A stretch of 64,000 bases of DNA from Lingula anatina (lineage: Eukaryota; Animalia; Brachiopoda). Where the stretch lies: the NCBI GenBank assembly GCA_051362555.1, contig CM120649.1, positions 124,001-188,000 on the forward strand, written 5' to 3'. Position numbers and translations under genes: made by a program. Positions within the stretch are counted from its first letter, which is position 1. Every line of letters begins with the position of its first letter. This document shows, piece by piece, positions 61,217 through 64,000 of the stretch. Below the pieces are notes generated by a model, which did no database searches, was not told the DNA's origin, and saw only the letters and a list, made by a program, of their open reading frames with translations.

Positions 61217-63159
61217 TGGAAAAATGCTTTTTTTATATTAAGTATATATTGGTTTTACCCTATTTCTAAAAAAAATGATAAAAGCATCTTTTTTTAAATT
61301 TAATCAAAATTACAGACTAATATAGTTGTTTGACTTAGTTATGAAATAAAACCCTGTGGCATAGCATGTGAATATTTGAGCGTCCTTGTATTGGTTAATG
61401 ATCAAATGTCCATGACCACTAAAGGCAACACCTTTGATAAGCTAATATAAAAGGTGCAAACATCTTACTGTGCTTATTTTGAAAACGAGATAATTTTTGT
61501 CACCTACATGTATATGTAGGTATAAAATGCAATTACAAATATAAGTAGTGGGTGCAGTTGTGAATTGTGCTTTGTTCATTGCAACATTTGTTTATATCAA
61601 ACAGTGGATCTCTCACATGCATAGTAGTGTGCATCCTGTACTTGTATGTGCAGAGATAAGATTTAACGAATCATGTGAGCAGAAATTTCAGTTGTGATTT
61701 ATTTTTATGGAATATTTTGTTACTTTTACTGCCCACAGTGTTTAAGGAGAGAGCGATTATGTAACATTCTTTCTGGTATATATCCAGAGGGAAGGGCCTC
61801 TTTAGGAAGATGAGATTATAGTACATATTAGGTATATATATAGGGTTTTGAATAATAATTAGTGAAAAAAATGCTTTTTATATTTAATCAGAATTATATA
61901 CTAATATAGTTATGTGACTCAATTATAAAATAAAACCCTGTGAAGTGCTTTGTGAATATTTGAAAGTCCGCATATTTGTTGATTGTCAAATGTTCATGGC
62001 CACTGAAACCAGCATCTTTGAAAAATAAATAAAATAGGTGCTGTTTCCTATTCAATAGACTCGAATTTGAAATACAATTTTTAGAACCTACATAAAAGCA
62101 TGTAGGTATAATTTAAAATCATTAATGTGAAAGAACAATTTGTTACTTTTAGCCTTTTCTTCTCTTGCATTAATGTAATAATGTAAAACATCATGTAACT
62201 CTTTGTAGTACAGAGGCAGAGAGGGAGGGGCTTCCTTGTGAGGATGAGGTTCTAGTTCATACTAAATATACATAGGCTTTTGAAAAAAAAAGTGATTTTT
62301 TAGTTAAATAAAACCATATACTAATATGATTGTTTTACCATATTTAAAGGAAAATAGTAGAAAATTGCTTTTTACATCTAATCAAAATTATATACTAATA
62401 CAGTTGTATGACTCAATCATGAAATAAAACCCTGTGAAGTGCTGTTTGAATATTTGAAAGTCCCTATATTTGTTGATTGTCAAATTTCCATGGCCACTGA
62501 AACCAACATCTTTGTTAAGTAAATAAAGTAGGTGCTGTTAACATTGAGGCAGACTCGAATTTGAAATAATATATTTTTGGAACCTATGTAAATATACATA
62601 GGTGAAAGAAAAATCCAGTGTTGAGAGTTATAAGTGTAGGTGTGACTGCTCTATTGTACTCCTGTTACTTGTTTCTCTCTCCCTAGATTGTTCACAGTAT
62701 GTTAATATTTCAATATTTTCAAATGGGAGGAAATGATTATCCTGATAGGAAGTCCATTTTGATGGATTCTGTCAATAAGCCATATTGTCCAGTAGCCCCC
62801 TGCTACAGTGCATCTTTAATGAATTATGACCATAGTAATGGCACTTTCCATCTTTTTCCTTAATAACAAAAAATGTGCAGACTATTGTATAATTTGAGGT
62901 AGCTTAAATGTGCCAAACTGCTTTCATCAGGTCTTGTACAAGAGTATCAGAGTTGAATGTGCCCTGTTGTTAAGTATGCTTGTCCTGTGTGGAACCAGGG
63001 TTAACCAGTAAGCAATGTAATATATAAGAATCTTTTCTGAGGGCACTTAAAACCAAGCAAAAATGTTCATAAGCTTGGTAGTTGGATCATAAATGAAAAT
63101 TATCTTACAGAAGTCAATTTTTTTTGTGCCGTTATACCACCTAGTGGTCAGTGAGTGTC

Positions 63160-63585
63160 AACATCTGCTCACATAGTGTCAACATCTGATCACATAGTGT
63201 CAACATCTGATCACATAGTGTCAACATCTGATCACATAGTGTCAATATCTGCTCACATAGTGTCAACACTTATCACATAGTGTCAACATCTGATCACATA
63301 GTGTCAACATCTGATCACATAGTGTCAATATCTGCTCACATAGTGTCAACACTGATCACATAGTGTCAACATCTGCTCACATAGTGTCAACATCTGCTCA
63401 CATAGTGTCAACACTGATCACATAGTGTCAACATCTGCTCACATAGTGTCAACACTGATCACATAGTGTCAACATCTGCTCACATAGTGTCAACATCTGA
63501 TCACATAGTGTAAACACTGATCACATAGTGTCAACATCTGCTCACATAGTGTCAACATCTGCTCACATAGTGTCAACACTGATCA
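63160..63585. repeat. 20/21-bp minisatellite, about 20 copies
   Basis: unit TGTCAACATCTGMTCACATAG. Confidence 0.95.
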
Positions 63586-64000
63586 GATCGGTCTAATGGA
63601 GGCCCTCACCCAGGTTGGCTGTAAGCTAACGGTATGAAAATATTTCGGCTTGTGTTTGATAATTTTTATTTATGGCAGTGTAATGTAATAGAATCTTTTC
63701 CATTGAGGGCACTTAGAATTATATTGCCCTATTTATCTAATGTTGATTACATGGTAAATTAAAACCTTTAGAAAAGTGGTGCATAGAACTTTGCAAAAAT
63801 TTTTTCAAGAAAATCATGAATGACAAGAACAAACCTTGTAGCCTTCAGAACATACAGAAAGTTAAGGTACCACCAATTTAACTTCAATGTACTAAAATTC
63901 TGTTTCTATTGTAATTGGCAGTCATCTTAGATACTTGGAGCTCTCTAAATTTGCCAAAGTGGCAACCAAGCTTAATTTGCATTAGGGCCCTATGGAAGCC

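Larger units (their letters stand above)
60450..62600. repeat. Old degenerate tandem repeat, at least 4 units of about 0.5-0.8 kb
   Basis: Motif CTAATATAGTTGT...TGAAATAAAACCCTGTG...GTGAATATT recurs near 60517, 61318, 61902, 62396. Confidence 0.75.

Overview
Eukaryotic, AT-rich animal DNA. The repeat content suggests a mollusc or other marine invertebrate, which is an inference. The main gene is MED12 (Mediator kinase-module subunit 12) on the + strand. I traced 25 phase-consistent GT-AG coding exons from ATG 27582 to 59329 (about 1338 codons), and the gene continues past the window end. Its introns hold four elements: (1) a tandem LTR-internal-LTR array of a tiny TRIM-like retroelement whose 132-bp LTRs each contain a tRNA-like gene; (2) a Helentron-associated (HINE-like) element with a Tc1 transposon nested in its 146-bp internal satellite; (3) an intact Gypsy LTR retrotransposon with identical LTRs; (4) a minimal hammerhead ribozyme enclosed in an inverted repeat. 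Seven MED12 splice sites are tandemly amplified with their flanks, six of them with periods divisible by 3, and the 306 bp just upstream of the ATG are duplicated. The first 27 kb has no recognisable CDS, only microsatellites, minisatellites, a MITE and a few candidate minus-strand exons.
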